IMG/VR virus record: IMGVR_UViG_3300031519_004497
Direction: 5' to 3' (one strand)
DNA: 64,000 bases
Origin: an uncultured virus (IMG/VR IMGVR_UViG_3300031519_004497)
Lineage: Duplodnaviria > Heunggongvirae > Uroviricota > Caudoviricetes
The position numbers were made by a program, and so were the translations under genes. The stretch's first letter is position 1, and the number at the start of each line of letters is the position of its first letter. Below the pieces are notes generated by a model. The model did no database searches, had not been told where the DNA came from, and saw nothing but the letters and a program-made list of their open reading frames with translations. Shown here piece by piece: positions 7,187 to 16,028 of the stretch.

Positions 7187-7324
7187 GTGAAAAAGCAACG
7201 ACAAAAGACGCGAGCACACTTTATTCTTTTTGCTAAGGATACGCCTTACCGCTCACGTACAGAAATAGATCAAAAAAGGAAGTGCAAAAATGGGTATAGG
7301 AAACACAGGGGTAGATTTGAGTAG
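7187..7324 (+). CDS. Small basic protein, ArfA-like candidate (45 aa)
   Basis: AGGAG RBS plus GTG; MKKQRQKTRAHFILFAKDTPYRSRTEIDQKRKCKNGYRKHRGRFE. Confidence 0.5.
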   Translation: MKKQRQKTRAHFILFAKDTPYRSRTEIDQKRKCKNGYRKHRGRFE

Positions 7325-7325
7325 T

Positions 7326-7496
7326 ATGAATCTGCAGCAAATAAAGGATTATCTGCACAGCACAGATGCAGAGTACAGACGTTCGTCTGCTTCCATTAAA
7401 CGAAATGTCTACGGTAGGTGGCAAGCAGAAGCTGCTGCTGCCGAGGCAGAGATAGCTCGTAGAGAGCTAGAGGCAATGGTAGGTAGAAATAGATGA
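7326..7496 (+). CDS. Hypothetical protein
   Basis: In-frame ATG just after the previous stop; tight gene packing. Confidence 0.55.
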   Translation: MNLQQIKDYLHSTDAEYRRSSASIKRNVYGRWQAEAAAAEAEIARRELEAMVGRNR

Positions 7497-7687
7497 CTGA
7501 GTATGAACCTTATCAAGGCTCACACGAAGACGAGTTCTTTGACTGGTACATTACAGCGACTGGCATGATGCAGGACGGATGTACAGACAAGGAAGCTATA
7601 GAACATTTAAGGGTTATGGAGGCTCCAATATGGGTAATAAACCGATTAGAAGCTGGAAACAGGAATTCAGTAGAGCCTGGAATATGA
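7493..7687 (+). CDS. Hypothetical protein
   Basis: ATGA-type overlaps with neighbours. Confidence 0.55.
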   Translation: MTEYEPYQGSHEDEFFDWYITATGMMQDGCTDKEAIEHLRVMEAPIWVINRLEAGNRNSVEPGI

Positions 7688-7872
7688 GCGAAATAGCCCC
7701 AGTATCACCAACCAGTACTAGCTATACCCAAACTGTCACACGAGTGCACAATGCGGGTGGCGAAGACAACCAGAGAAGAGTAGTGGAGACAACATACGAA
7801 GTTACTCTGTACACAAGCGATGGAGGTATACAAACCTCAACGAATTCACACCAAGTAAACTATCTAATATAG
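7684..7872 (+). CDS. Hypothetical protein
   Basis: Start MSEIAP overlaps the previous stop. Confidence 0.5.
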   Translation: MSEIAPVSPTSTSYTQTVTRVHNAGGEDNQRRVVETTYEVTLYTSDGGIQTSTNSHQVNYLI

Positions 7873-7879
7873 GAATATT

Positions 7880-8020
7880 ATGAGTAAAAGAGCGATACGA
7901 GAAAACATGACAAGGGACGAAACCCAAGCTATGCGACGCGCTGGCCGAAAGACTGTATCCCACGGAAGCTATAGAGCTAAAAGGAAACCAAACTCACCAA
8001 AGGTACGCAATGCGCGATAG
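7880..8020 (+). CDS. Small basic protein (46 aa)
   Basis: AGGA RBS; MSKRAIRENMTRDETQAMRRAGRKTVSHGSYRAKRKPNSPKVRNAR. Confidence 0.5.
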   Translation: MSKRAIRENMTRDETQAMRRAGRKTVSHGSYRAKRKPNSPKVRNAR

Positions 8021-8276
8021 ACTATATTTACTAGAGATGCAGGAAATGAAGGAAAGTGATGCTAGCGGTAGCTATCAGCACAGCGACTTCTCCTACGTTG
8101 TAGGAGTATACGAATCACAGGAGTTAGCCGCCTTCGCGGCTGGCATAGAAAAGGAACGACGTCGTGTAGAGCCTTATACAGGCTCATACACAGGCAGAGT
8201 AACAGAATTAGTAGTAAACGCAACCCCAAGTTGGGATATTGAAACATTATGGAGGTTTTTCAAATCGGAAAAGTAA
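8010..8276 (+). CDS. Hypothetical protein
   Basis: ORF with a VVGVYES motif common in small phage proteins. Confidence 0.55.
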   Translation: MRDRLYLLEMQEMKESDASGSYQHSDFSYVVGVYESQELAAFAAGIEKERRRVEPYTGSYTGRVTELVVNATPSWDIETLWRFFKSEK

Positions 8277-8288
8277 TGGAGTATTTAG

Positions 8289-8741
8289 ATGAGGAATTGT
8301 ATTGGTACTATAATAATTTTTATGTGCAGCTCCCTAGCGATAGCAGACGAAATGGATTGTCTAGCAAAGAACATCTACTGGGAAGCACGGAATCAACAAT
8401 TGACTGGGATGTACGCGGTAGCAGAAGTCACCCTCAACAGAGTGAAGGATCGTAGGTGGCCGAACTCAGTTTGCGAAGTAGTAAAACAACGTAAACTAGT
8501 ACGAAAACAATGGATCTGTCAATTCAGTTGGTTTTGTGATGGACTAAGTGACAAACCGAGGGATGAGTACAATTGGAATGTATGTGTTACTATAGCATAC
8601 ATTGCACTCTCAAAGAGAGTAGCTGATACTGTGCCCTCAGACACTTATTGGTATCATAGTTACAAAGTGAAACCGTACTGGGCTTCCGCCTACCACCGCA
8701 CAGCGGTAATAGGCGATCACATATTCTATTCAGACGGCTAG
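8289..8741 (+). CDS. SleB-like cell wall hydrolase (Hydrolase_2)
   Basis: Signal peptide; CLAKNIYWEARNQ, AVAEVTLNRV, CQFSWFCDG, IGDHIFY. Confidence 0.9.
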   Translation: MRNCIGTIIIFMCSSLAIADEMDCLAKNIYWEARNQQLTGMYAVAEVTLNRVKDRRWPNSVCEVVKQRKLVRKQWICQFSWFCDGLSDKPRDEYNWNVCVTIAYIALSKRVADTVPSDTYWYHSYKVKPYWASAYHRTAVIGDHIFYSDG

Positions 8742-9119
8742 TACACTTGCAATATCGGGAGGGAAGTATGTGTTGGGTTTAAGAACCTTACCATCTTCCC
8801 TTTTTATTACTCTCCCATCTTGCCCTAATTTACTCATATTGCTACAGTGTACTTCCTGGAAGCACTCATCCAAGTCTATTCCAAACGCTTGCCCTGCTCC
8901 GTAAATTACATAAAGTAAATCCGTCAGTGCGTCAGCTACTTCAACTATGTCCTGATTGTCTATTCCTAATTGCAGTTCATCAAGTTCTTCTTCAATCAGG
9001 TCAACTCTGAGCTTTTGGATATGTTCTTCTGGAAAGACTGGATAGATTTGTATTTCCTGATCCATTGCTTCCATAAAGTCTCCGACCAATTCGAAGTTAG
9101 TCCCTTGTAGTTGTGTCAT
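8730..9119 (-). CDS. MazG-like/PRA-PH NTP pyrophosphohydrolase
   Basis: LIEEELDEL...EVADALTDLLYV...EVHCSNMSK. Confidence 0.85.
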   Translation of the reverse strand: MTQLQGTNFELVGDFMEAMDQEIQIYPVFPEEHIQKLRVDLIEEELDELQLGIDNQDIVEVADALTDLLYVIYGAGQAFGIDLDECFQEVHCSNMSKLGQDGRVIKREDGKVLKPNTYFPPDIASVLAV

Positions 9120-9319
9120 TAGTATTTCCTTGTGGGTTGTGTTTCTTGAGCTTGGCGTCTTTTCTCTCTGGTCTTAGCAGCCTTCTTAGCTCTATGGCGT
9201 TCTGCAGCAGGCCCTTCGTAGTACTGACGTTCTCTGTACTCGAATATTGTCTCGCTACTCCTTTTCTTAAACACACGAAGTGCGCTCTCTATATTATTAT
9301 TTCTAACTTTCACTTTCAC
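9119..9319 (-). CDS. rpsU: Ribosomal protein bS21
   Basis: VKVRNNNIESALRVFKKR...EYRERQYYEGP...AKKAA. Confidence 0.85.
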   Translation of the reverse strand: MKVKVRNNNIESALRVFKKRSSETIFEYRERQYYEGPAAERHRAKKAAKTREKRRQAQETQPTRKY

Positions 9320-9488
9320 GTTTAAACGGCCACCTCTTAGCCTTTAAGTATAATACTTGCTTTCTTATTGAGTTTGGAGTCCGGTCAGGAAGTAGTGCAT
9401 ACATTTCCTCTGTTGGTATGAGATAGTAGTTACTAACCAATGTGACCTTCTCTTTCTTGCTCCATGGTTTCTTTTTATATATTCTCAT
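9303..9488 (-). CDS. Small HTH/Myb-like protein
   Basis: PWSKKE...LPDRTPNSIRKQ; ATG 6 nt after a -10 box. Confidence 0.55.
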   Translation of the reverse strand: MRIYKKKPWSKKEKVTLVSNYYLIPTEEMYALLPDRTPNSIRKQVLYLKAKRWPFKRESES

Positions 9489-9494
9489 GGGATT

Positions 9495-9523
9495 ATTATA
9501 CTAAAGAATAACGTTGATGTCAA
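9495..9523 (-). promoter_or_regulatory. Leftward sigma70 promoter for the bS21 operon
   Basis: Reverse strand AAAATAGTTC-TTGACA-17-TATAAT. Confidence 0.85.
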
Positions 9524-9558
9524 GAACTATTTTTTACTGCACATTGTAAAAATGTTTC

Positions 9559-9587
9559 TTGACACGGAAGTTGTTTTCCGATATAAT
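9559..9587 (+). promoter_or_regulatory. Rightward sigma70 promoter (divergent pair)
   Basis: TTGACA-17-TATAAT. Confidence 0.85.
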
Positions 9588-9625
9588 ATACACTTCTGAA
9601 AATAACAATCGTACGGAGACCCAAC

Positions 9626-9772
9626 ATGGAAACCACAATAGCAGGCTTTATAATATTTACTTTCTGTATGATAGGAAGTAGTCTTACCTGCTGGCATTTA
9701 GGAAAAAAAGTTGGAATAGAGGGCGCAGTCGACTATCTAATAGCAAAAGGAATGATAGAAGTTGACGACTAA
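9626..9772 (+). CDS. Small membrane protein (48 aa)
   Basis: GGAG RBS; one TM segment; immediately upstream of the spanin genes. Confidence 0.6.
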   Translation: METTIAGFIIFTFCMIGSSLTCWHLGKKVGIEGAVDYLIAKGMIEVDD

Positions 9773-9817
9773 GTGCCAAGCTAGAAACATAAAGGTTTCT
9801 ACTAACTGGATTATAGT

Positions 9818-10270
9818 ATGTTTGGAATGATTAAAATGTTGCCTGTTCTCATTATCGCTGGTGGTGTAGCTTATGGATATCACACTCTAGTAGTAAAAGA
9901 AAAAGATAACCGCATTAACCAACAGCAGATGGAAATAGCCTCAGCAACCCAACAGAATGTAGCCCTTCAAACGGCTGCAGCTACCAATGAGAGTACTATT
10001 GTTAGAATGGAGAAGCAGATGAAGGAGCAAGCACAAGCCTTCGCTGACCTTACCCAGAAGAATAGCTCATTGGAGAAGGATAAGACACAGTACCTTAGCA
10101 TCTTTAAGAGGCACAACCTCACTAAGACTGCGAGAGCTAGGCCGGGGTATATGGAACCAAAGATTAACAGTGGGACGGCGAAAGTATTCCGTCAAGTGGA
10201 AGCAGATAGCAGGGAATTAGATGAAGCAGACGATACTAGCGACGAGTTGTCTTACGATACTACTAAGTAG
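9818..10270 (+). CDS. Inner-membrane spanin (Rz-like)
   Basis: N-terminal TM helix plus coiled coil; overlaps a lipoprotein gene. Confidence 0.7.
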   Translation: MFGMIKMLPVLIIAGGVAYGYHTLVVKEKDNRINQQQMEIASATQQNVALQTAAATNESTIVRMEKQMKEQAQAFADLTQKNSSLEKDKTQYLSIFKRHNLTKTARARPGYMEPKINSGTAKVFRQVEADSRELDEADDTSDELSYDTTK

Positions 10271-10730
10271 TGGATGCAGTGTTCTACCTAAGATAGATTT
10301 TACACCTCCCCCTCCTGTTCAAGTAATAACAACAGAGGTAAAGTTGGATATCTACCAACCGCCCCTGCCCCAAGAGATATCCATGCAGGATGTAACTTGG
10401 TTCGTTATCACCAAAGAGAACTATGAGGAGGCAGTAGAGAAAGTAGAAGAGCTATTAGGTGGAGACTTCGTAGTTATAGCTCTCACTCCCACAGGATATG
10501 AGAGTATGGCCTATAACCTTCAAGAAATCCGTAGGTTTATAAGGCAGCAAAAAGAAATAATTCTGTATTACAGAGCTGCCACAGATGCAGCAGACGATGC
10601 AGAGGAGTGGCTTGAGAAGAATGATGAGCTACAGGCTGATCAGAGTACTGCCCCTAATCAAGAAGAGTTCAAGGAAGCAATAGAGAAGCCAAGCAGGTTT
10701 AAGATGCCTAAGTTTCTTGGAGGTGAGTAA
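10221..10730 (+). CDS. Outer-membrane lipoprotein spanin (Rz1-like)
   Basis: Lipobox LSSGC and a Pro-rich segment. Confidence 0.7.
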   Translation: MKQTILATSCLTILLSSGCSVLPKIDFTPPPPVQVITTEVKLDIYQPPLPQEISMQDVTWFVITKENYEEAVEKVEELLGGDFVVIALTPTGYESMAYNLQEIRRFIRQQKEIILYYRAATDAADDAEEWLEKNDELQADQSTAPNQEEFKEAIEKPSRFKMPKFLGGE

Positions 10731-11026
10731 TGGGCGGAGGAGTACCTATACACGAAGACGAAATAGTAGTACCAAAAGAAAGTAGAATACTGAAGTGGTG
10801 GAAGACGTTAATATACGAAGAGTATCACTTAACTATCTGGTTTGTAGAAGGAAAAGTAGTAGATGGAAACGGAAATGCTAGTTATAAGAGAGTAGAGAAG
10901 TTTTATAAAGCTACAAAGATAAGTAAGATTACTCCTAAGTTTATAAAGTTTACCAACATGGATAAGCAACCCGTACAGATACGGTCAGAAGAACCCATGA
11001 ACTGGGATTTAGTAAAGGTATATTAA
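10730..11026 (+). CDS. Hypothetical protein
   Basis: TAATG-coupled ORF with GGAGG RBS. Confidence 0.6.
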   Translation: MGGGVPIHEDEIVVPKESRILKWWKTLIYEEYHLTIWFVEGKVVDGNGNASYKRVEKFYKATKISKITPKFIKFTNMDKQPVQIRSEEPMNWDLVKVY

Positions 11027-11340
11027 TGGTAACAGACACAGCAAAACAGAAGATCAAACATCATTTGTCCAAACGTGGCAAGGGTGTAGGTATTCGTATA
11101 GGTGTAGAAACTACTGGATGCAGCGGCTATGCTTATAAGCTGGAGTTTGCAGATACCGTTAATGACGAAGACACTGTAAATAAGTACGATGATTTTTCAG
11201 TACTAATGGATCCGAAGGCTAAAGCCTTACTGGAAGGAATCACACTAGACTATCAAAAGCAGGGACTTAATGAAGGTTTTGAGTTCATTAACCCGTTAGA
11301 GAAATCACGTTGTGGTTGTGGGAAAACTTTTTCAATATGA
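11026..11340 (+). CDS. iscA: A-type Fe-S carrier protein IscA
   Basis: TTGCSGYAY, F.FINP, C-terminal RCGCG. Confidence 0.93.
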   Translation: MVTDTAKQKIKHHLSKRGKGVGIRIGVETTGCSGYAYKLEFADTVNDEDTVNKYDDFSVLMDPKAKALLEGITLDYQKQGLNEGFEFINPLEKSRCGCGKTFSI

Positions 11341-11780
11341 TAACAGAAAACTTAAAAGCTCAAATCACCTCAGATGAAGGTGTAGTGTATGAAATCTACA
11401 AGGATCATCTGGGCTACCCCACTTTCGGGGTTGGACACCTTATACTAAGGACAGACCCAGAGTTCCATATGGACATAGGGGCTAGTGTATCTAAGGAAAG
11501 AGTCGAGGAATGTTTAGAGCAGGACTTACAGACAGCGTCTGATGAGTGCCTTATTCTCTATCCTTGGTTCGATAGCGCACCACAGGAAGTGCGAGAGATA
11601 CTGATTAATATGATGTTCAACATGGGCAGGCCTCGCCTGTCGAAGTTCAAGAACTTCAGTCGGGCGTTGTATGAACAAGATTGGAAACAAGCAGCAGTAG
11701 AGGGGCGAGATTCACGTTGGCATAAGCAAGTCACGAATCGCGCTGAAAGATTAATGATTAGAATGGAGAATATAGCCTAA
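11337..11780 (+). CDS. Endolysin (T4-type lysozyme, GH24)
   Basis: DEG..YEIYKDHLGYPTFGVGHL; NMMFNMG; SRWHKQVTNRA. Confidence 0.9.
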   Translation: MITENLKAQITSDEGVVYEIYKDHLGYPTFGVGHLILRTDPEFHMDIGASVSKERVEECLEQDLQTASDECLILYPWFDSAPQEVREILINMMFNMGRPRLSKFKNFSRALYEQDWKQAAVEGRDSRWHKQVTNRAERLMIRMENIA

Positions 11781-12446
11781 GTGAAAGTACAATTAGTTTC
11801 TTTAAGTACACCATCAGCAAGTACAGGAACACATGGAGCAGACGAGTTTGTAGCCTACTGTGCTAGAGTAAGTAACCCTGGAAATCAGAATAATTCTAAA
11901 ACCGCAGCGGGGTTGCTCAAGTACCTAATCAAGAATGACCACTGGAGTCCCTTCGAAATGGTATCTATTACTATGGAGATCCAGACAACCAGAGACATCT
12001 CCCATCAGATAGTACGTCACCGTAGCTTTTCCTATCAGGAGTTCAGCCAACGGTATGCAGTGTCGGACACATTTCAGACAAGGGAGACAAGACTGCAAGA
12101 CCCTAAGAACCGGCAGAACAGTATAGAAATTGACATCTCTAACATAGAGTCTAAGAAGCTGGCCGACCTTTGGTACTTGAAGCAGCAGGAAGTTCTGCGG
12201 AAGTCAAGAGAAGTGTACGAGTGGGCTTTGGGACGTGGCATTGCAAAGGAGCAAGCACGAGCAGCTCTTCCCGAAGGGCTAACAGGTACTACACTGTACA
12301 TGGCCGGAACTCTACGTAGTTGGATACACTACTGCCAATTGCGTATGGCAAACGGCACACAGAAGGAGCACCAGGAGATAGCAGAACTGTGCTGGGACAT
12401 AATAGGAACACACTTTCCAAGTGTAATAAAAGCGTTCGAGGCTTAG
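11781..12446 (+). CDS. thyX: Flavin-dependent thymidylate synthase
   Basis: HWSPFE and the RHRSFSYQEFSQRY ThyX motif. Confidence 0.95.
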   Translation: MKVQLVSLSTPSASTGTHGADEFVAYCARVSNPGNQNNSKTAAGLLKYLIKNDHWSPFEMVSITMEIQTTRDISHQIVRHRSFSYQEFSQRYAVSDTFQTRETRLQDPKNRQNSIEIDISNIESKKLADLWYLKQQEVLRKSREVYEWALGRGIAKEQARAALPEGLTGTTLYMAGTLRSWIHYCQLRMANGTQKEHQEIAELCWDIIGTHFPSVIKAFEA

Positions 12447-12447
12447 T

Positions 12448-13587
12448 TTGTTAGACAAAAGAATAAGGGAAATACTAGACAAAGAGATACATAGGCAAAA
12501 CACTACAATAGAGCTTATAGCAAGTGAGAACTATGCAAGTGATGCAGTAATGTACCTATGTGGTAGTGTGTTTACGAATAAGTATGCAGAAGGTTATCCA
12601 GGCAAACGCTACTACAATGGTTGCGGGAACATGGATGACATCGAGCAGCTCGCAATAGATACAGTATGTAAACTATACGGAGCTGAGTATGCAAACGTAC
12701 AGCCTCATAGCGGGGCTAATGCAAACACGGCAGTGTACCAAGCATTCCTAGAGCCGGGAGATACAATTCTCGGTATGGACTTAGCAAGTGGTGGACATTT
12801 GTCACACGGTAGCCCGCCCAACATCTCAGGAAAGCTATACAATGCATACTCTTATGGTGTAAACGATTCTGGCTACCTAGACTATAACGATATACTTTAC
12901 AAAGCAATTGCAGTACAGCCTAAGATGATTATTGCTGGTGCAAGTGCGTATCCGAGAGTAATAGATTGGGAGAAGTTTAGAGATATTGCAGATGAAGTAG
13001 GAGCCTTGTTGCTGGTCGATATGGCACACTATAGTGGGCTTATTGCTGGGAAGGCTTACCCTAACCCGATGCCTTACGCGGATGTAGTGACAAGTACAAC
13101 ACATAAGACATTGCGTGGGCCTAGAGGCGGTATTATACTTTGGAACAATCCTGAGTACTCTAAACGTATTAACAGTGCAATCTTCCCAGGTACACAGGGT
13201 GGGCCTCTAATGAATACAATTGCCGCAAAAGCACAATGTTTTATAGAAGCAATTGATAGTTCATTTACTAAGTATGCAATTAACGTAGTTCTAAACGCTA
13301 CAGCGTTCTCAGATCGGCTTACTGCAAATGGGTTTACTTGTTTAACCGGCGGAACCGATTCACATATAATACTACTTGATTTAACCAATAGAAATATAAG
13401 CGGCAAAGACGCAGCGAATGCACTAGAGGCTAAAGGTATTACTGTAAACAAGAACGGCATTCCAAACGACCCGAGAAGCTTTGTAGAGACAAGTGGTATT
13501 AGGTTAGGTACTGCTGCGGAAACAACCAAGGGACGGGATAGAAAATGGTTCAGAAACTTAGCCGATACCCTAGCAAATATTATATAA
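12448..13587 (+). CDS. glyA: Serine hydroxymethyltransferase
   Basis: LIASEN, NKYAEGYPGKRYY, GGHLSHG, TTHKTLRGPRGG (PLP lysine). Confidence 0.97.
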   Translation: MLDKRIREILDKEIHRQNTTIELIASENYASDAVMYLCGSVFTNKYAEGYPGKRYYNGCGNMDDIEQLAIDTVCKLYGAEYANVQPHSGANANTAVYQAFLEPGDTILGMDLASGGHLSHGSPPNISGKLYNAYSYGVNDSGYLDYNDILYKAIAVQPKMIIAGASAYPRVIDWEKFRDIADEVGALLLVDMAHYSGLIAGKAYPNPMPYADVVTSTTHKTLRGPRGGIILWNNPEYSKRINSAIFPGTQGGPLMNTIAAKAQCFIEAIDSSFTKYAINVVLNATAFSDRLTANGFTCLTGGTDSHIILLDLTNRNISGKDAANALEAKGITVNKNGIPNDPRSFVETSGIRLGTAAETTKGRDRKWFRNLADTLANII

Positions 13588-13606
13588 CAGAAGGACTAAA
13601 TAATTC

Positions 13607-13635
13607 TTGACATATTTACTGAATGTGAGTATAAT
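13607..13635 (+). promoter_or_regulatory. Early sigma70 promoter
   Basis: TTGACA-17-TATAAT. Confidence 0.85.
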
Positions 13636-13641
13636 ACGCCC

Positions 13642-14214
13642 ATGAATATTTTTATACTAGACAAAAACTTAGACAGATGTGCGGAGTATCATGTTGATAA
13701 GCATATTGTAAAAATGCCACTAGAAGCGGCACAGATGCTTTGCACAAATCATTGGATAGAGAAATACCTTGGGCATGTTCCACAAAAACTTACAAAAGAA
13801 GAGTGGGCAGTCATTAAAGAAGCCAAGAAAAATCCTGTCCGAGACTTTCCTTATTTACCTACTATGTACAATCACCCTTGTACCATTTGGGCTAGAGCTA
13901 CTCTGGATAACTACGAGTGGTTATTCGGCTATGCACTTTCCCTTAATGAAGAGTACAGATATAGATACGGCAAATCGCACAAAAGCGTGCATGAAGTTAT
14001 ACTTAACTTACCTGAACCCGTATCCTTACCACGAGACGGACTCACTGATTTTGCACAAGCCATGCCCGATGAACTCAAAGGAGAAGACACAGTAGAAGCA
14101 TATAGAAAGTTTTACCATAAAGATAAAGCGACCTTTGCTTCCTGGAAGTATAGGGATAAGCCACCTTGGTGGTCTGAAGAAGAGGCAGAGTATGAGCAAA
14201 GAATCACACGGTAA
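13642..14214 (+). CDS. Pyrimidine-dimer DNA glycosylase/DenV-like family protein
   Basis: MNIFILD..HVDKHIVKMPLEAAQML, NHPCTIWAR, YRYGKSH, AQAMPD. Confidence 0.75.
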   Translation: MNIFILDKNLDRCAEYHVDKHIVKMPLEAAQMLCTNHWIEKYLGHVPQKLTKEEWAVIKEAKKNPVRDFPYLPTMYNHPCTIWARATLDNYEWLFGYALSLNEEYRYRYGKSHKSVHEVILNLPEPVSLPRDGLTDFAQAMPDELKGEDTVEAYRKFYHKDKATFASWKYRDKPPWWSEEEAEYEQRITR

Positions 14215-14587
14215 GAAGTACGATAGTGGTAAACCTAAACTGTATCTGCTTCCGCCTAAGTCTATAAATGAAGTAGGAAAAGTACTTACATTTGGAGCAG
14301 AAAAATACGACCCTCATAACTGGAGGAAAGTAGATGATTTACAGAACCGATACAGTAGTGCAGCGTTGCGTCACATATTCGCTCACATAGATGGGGAAGA
14401 CGCAGATGAAGAGACAGGACTGTCTCACCTAGCACATGCTATATGTTGTTTAATGTTTAAATTGGAGGATGAATTAATTGGCGAGAGTGAAGAAGAAGGA
14501 CTACGAGAACCTAACGAACACAAACATAGAGAAAGTAATAGAGCTGCTCTCACAAGAGAAAGCCATCACGAAAAAGGAAGCATGTGA
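14192..14587 (+). CDS. dATP/dGTP diphosphohydrolase (DUF5664-like)
   Basis: GKKYDSGKP..LLP, VLTFGAEKY..NW, ETGLSHLAHAICCLMF. Confidence 0.8.
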   Translation: MSKESHGKKYDSGKPKLYLLPPKSINEVGKVLTFGAEKYDPHNWRKVDDLQNRYSSAALRHIFAHIDGEDADEETGLSHLAHAICCLMFKLEDELIGESEEEGLREPNEHKHRESNRAALTRESHHEKGSM

Positions 14588-15116
14588 AATGCTAAACATC
14601 TCGTACAATACTACGAGATTAAATAAGATCATAGCAGAGTACCAAGAACGTAAGCAGTATGTAGCAGAACGAAAGGCTACAAACAAAGGTAAGAAAGCTC
14701 AGACATACGAGATAACTGAAGCTATAACAAACTATTTGCAAGGAGACTCTATCTCCCAAATAGCAGCGGGGTTGTATCGGTCGTCTGGGTTTGTGCGTGC
14801 CATACTCGATAGAGTAGGAGTACCACAACGACCTGTGAGCGTAGAAGAGCGTACAGAGCCTTCTATCATCCCCGATAGTTGTGTTTCTACAGAGTTCTTT
14901 GCTGGAGAAAAAGTATGGTCAGCAGCCTACCACGCTCCCGCAATAGTAGATGAGGAAGTAGAAGTAAAGAACAAGTATGAAAGCAAAGGCTACAGAGTAT
15001 ATATCCTAGAGAAATCAGAGGAAACTGTAGGCGGCTTTTACGCATATGTACTAGCCTGTGAGCTAGGGAGGCTTTCTCACTTAGAGGAGCATGGAGTTAA
15101 CTTAAGCAAGATATAA
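14478..15116 (+). CDS. D2: T5 D2-like protein
   Basis: TKKEACEML, YLQGDSIS.IA..YRS pattern; T5 synteny. Confidence 0.75.
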   Translation: MARVKKKDYENLTNTNIEKVIELLSQEKAITKKEACEMLNISYNTTRLNKIIAEYQERKQYVAERKATNKGKKAQTYEITEAITNYLQGDSISQIAAGLYRSSGFVRAILDRVGVPQRPVSVEERTEPSIIPDSCVSTEFFAGEKVWSAAYHAPAIVDEEVEVKNKYESKGYRVYILEKSEETVGGFYAYVLACELGRLSHLEEHGVNLSKI

Positions 15117-15256
15117 AGGGTAGAATGGAAGAGTTTAGAATCATAAAAACAATATTGATGCTCCTGTACTTAGAGGTGGGGCTTCATATAGCAGAAATTT
15201 TATTTGATATGCACCAGTCACATATGTTTGATTGGCTACTATAAAAGGAAAAGCAA

Positions 15257-15973
15257 ATGCAAGGATCTAGTTACCCACAAGAAGTGAAAGATTTTTATTG
15301 GAAAAATGTTATAGACGCAGGAATACCAGGAACAGGAGCGCAAGCCAGAGCTATTATGGTAGCAGAGTATGGAAACTCTCCCGCTAAAGCAACTTTCTAT
15401 TACTGGATGAAAGGCGATTATGCCCGTGAGCAAAATAAGGCCCGAGCTGCAAGGCTTAGAAAAGAAAGCCCGATTGTTATAGTAGGAAAACGTTTAGATA
15501 AATTTAAACTGAAACAGCCAAGAATAGAGCAAGGACGTTCGATCTGGGAGCAATACGAGCACCATAACCGAGGCACCAGAATCAGATTTGCCTCTATTGA
15601 ACCAGCTATTTTATGGGTAATAAATGGTAGAATTTCTAAATTTCACGCAAAAGGAACAGGGAAAAAAAGTATGAAAATAGATGAGGGTACTTTTTACGCA
15701 AAAGACGTATTAAAATTATGGGAAGATACACAAGGATACAATCCGGATACTTATGACTTAGACTGTACTATTTGTGGAGAGCAGCTAAATGTTGTACATA
15801 GCATATGGCAGATGGATCATATAGATCCTTCAGCGGGAAACCATTTAGAAAATACTAGCTGTACCCATAAAGAGTGTAATCAGTCAAAGTCTTCAATGCA
15901 GATGGAGGACTATCTGGTACATTGTGAAAAAGTACTTAGGAATTATAACAGACTTCCTAAAAATAATTCTTGA
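15257..15973 (+). CDS. HNH endonuclease
   Basis: CTICG...MDHIDP...N...HKECNQSK. Confidence 0.8.
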   Translation: MQGSSYPQEVKDFYWKNVIDAGIPGTGAQARAIMVAEYGNSPAKATFYYWMKGDYAREQNKARAARLRKESPIVIVGKRLDKFKLKQPRIEQGRSIWEQYEHHNRGTRIRFASIEPAILWVINGRISKFHAKGTGKKSMKIDEGTFYAKDVLKLWEDTQGYNPDTYDLDCTICGEQLNVVHSIWQMDHIDPSAGNHLENTSCTHKECNQSKSSMQMEDYLVHCEKVLRNYNRLPKNNS

Positions 15974-15998
15974 CATCGATCTTAGATCCGTGTATAAT
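15970..15998 (+). promoter_or_regulatory. Early sigma70 promoter
   Basis: TTGACA-17-TATAAT. Confidence 0.85.
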
Positions 15999-16028
15999 AT
16001 ATTTTACAAAGTGAGGAAAATATACTAT

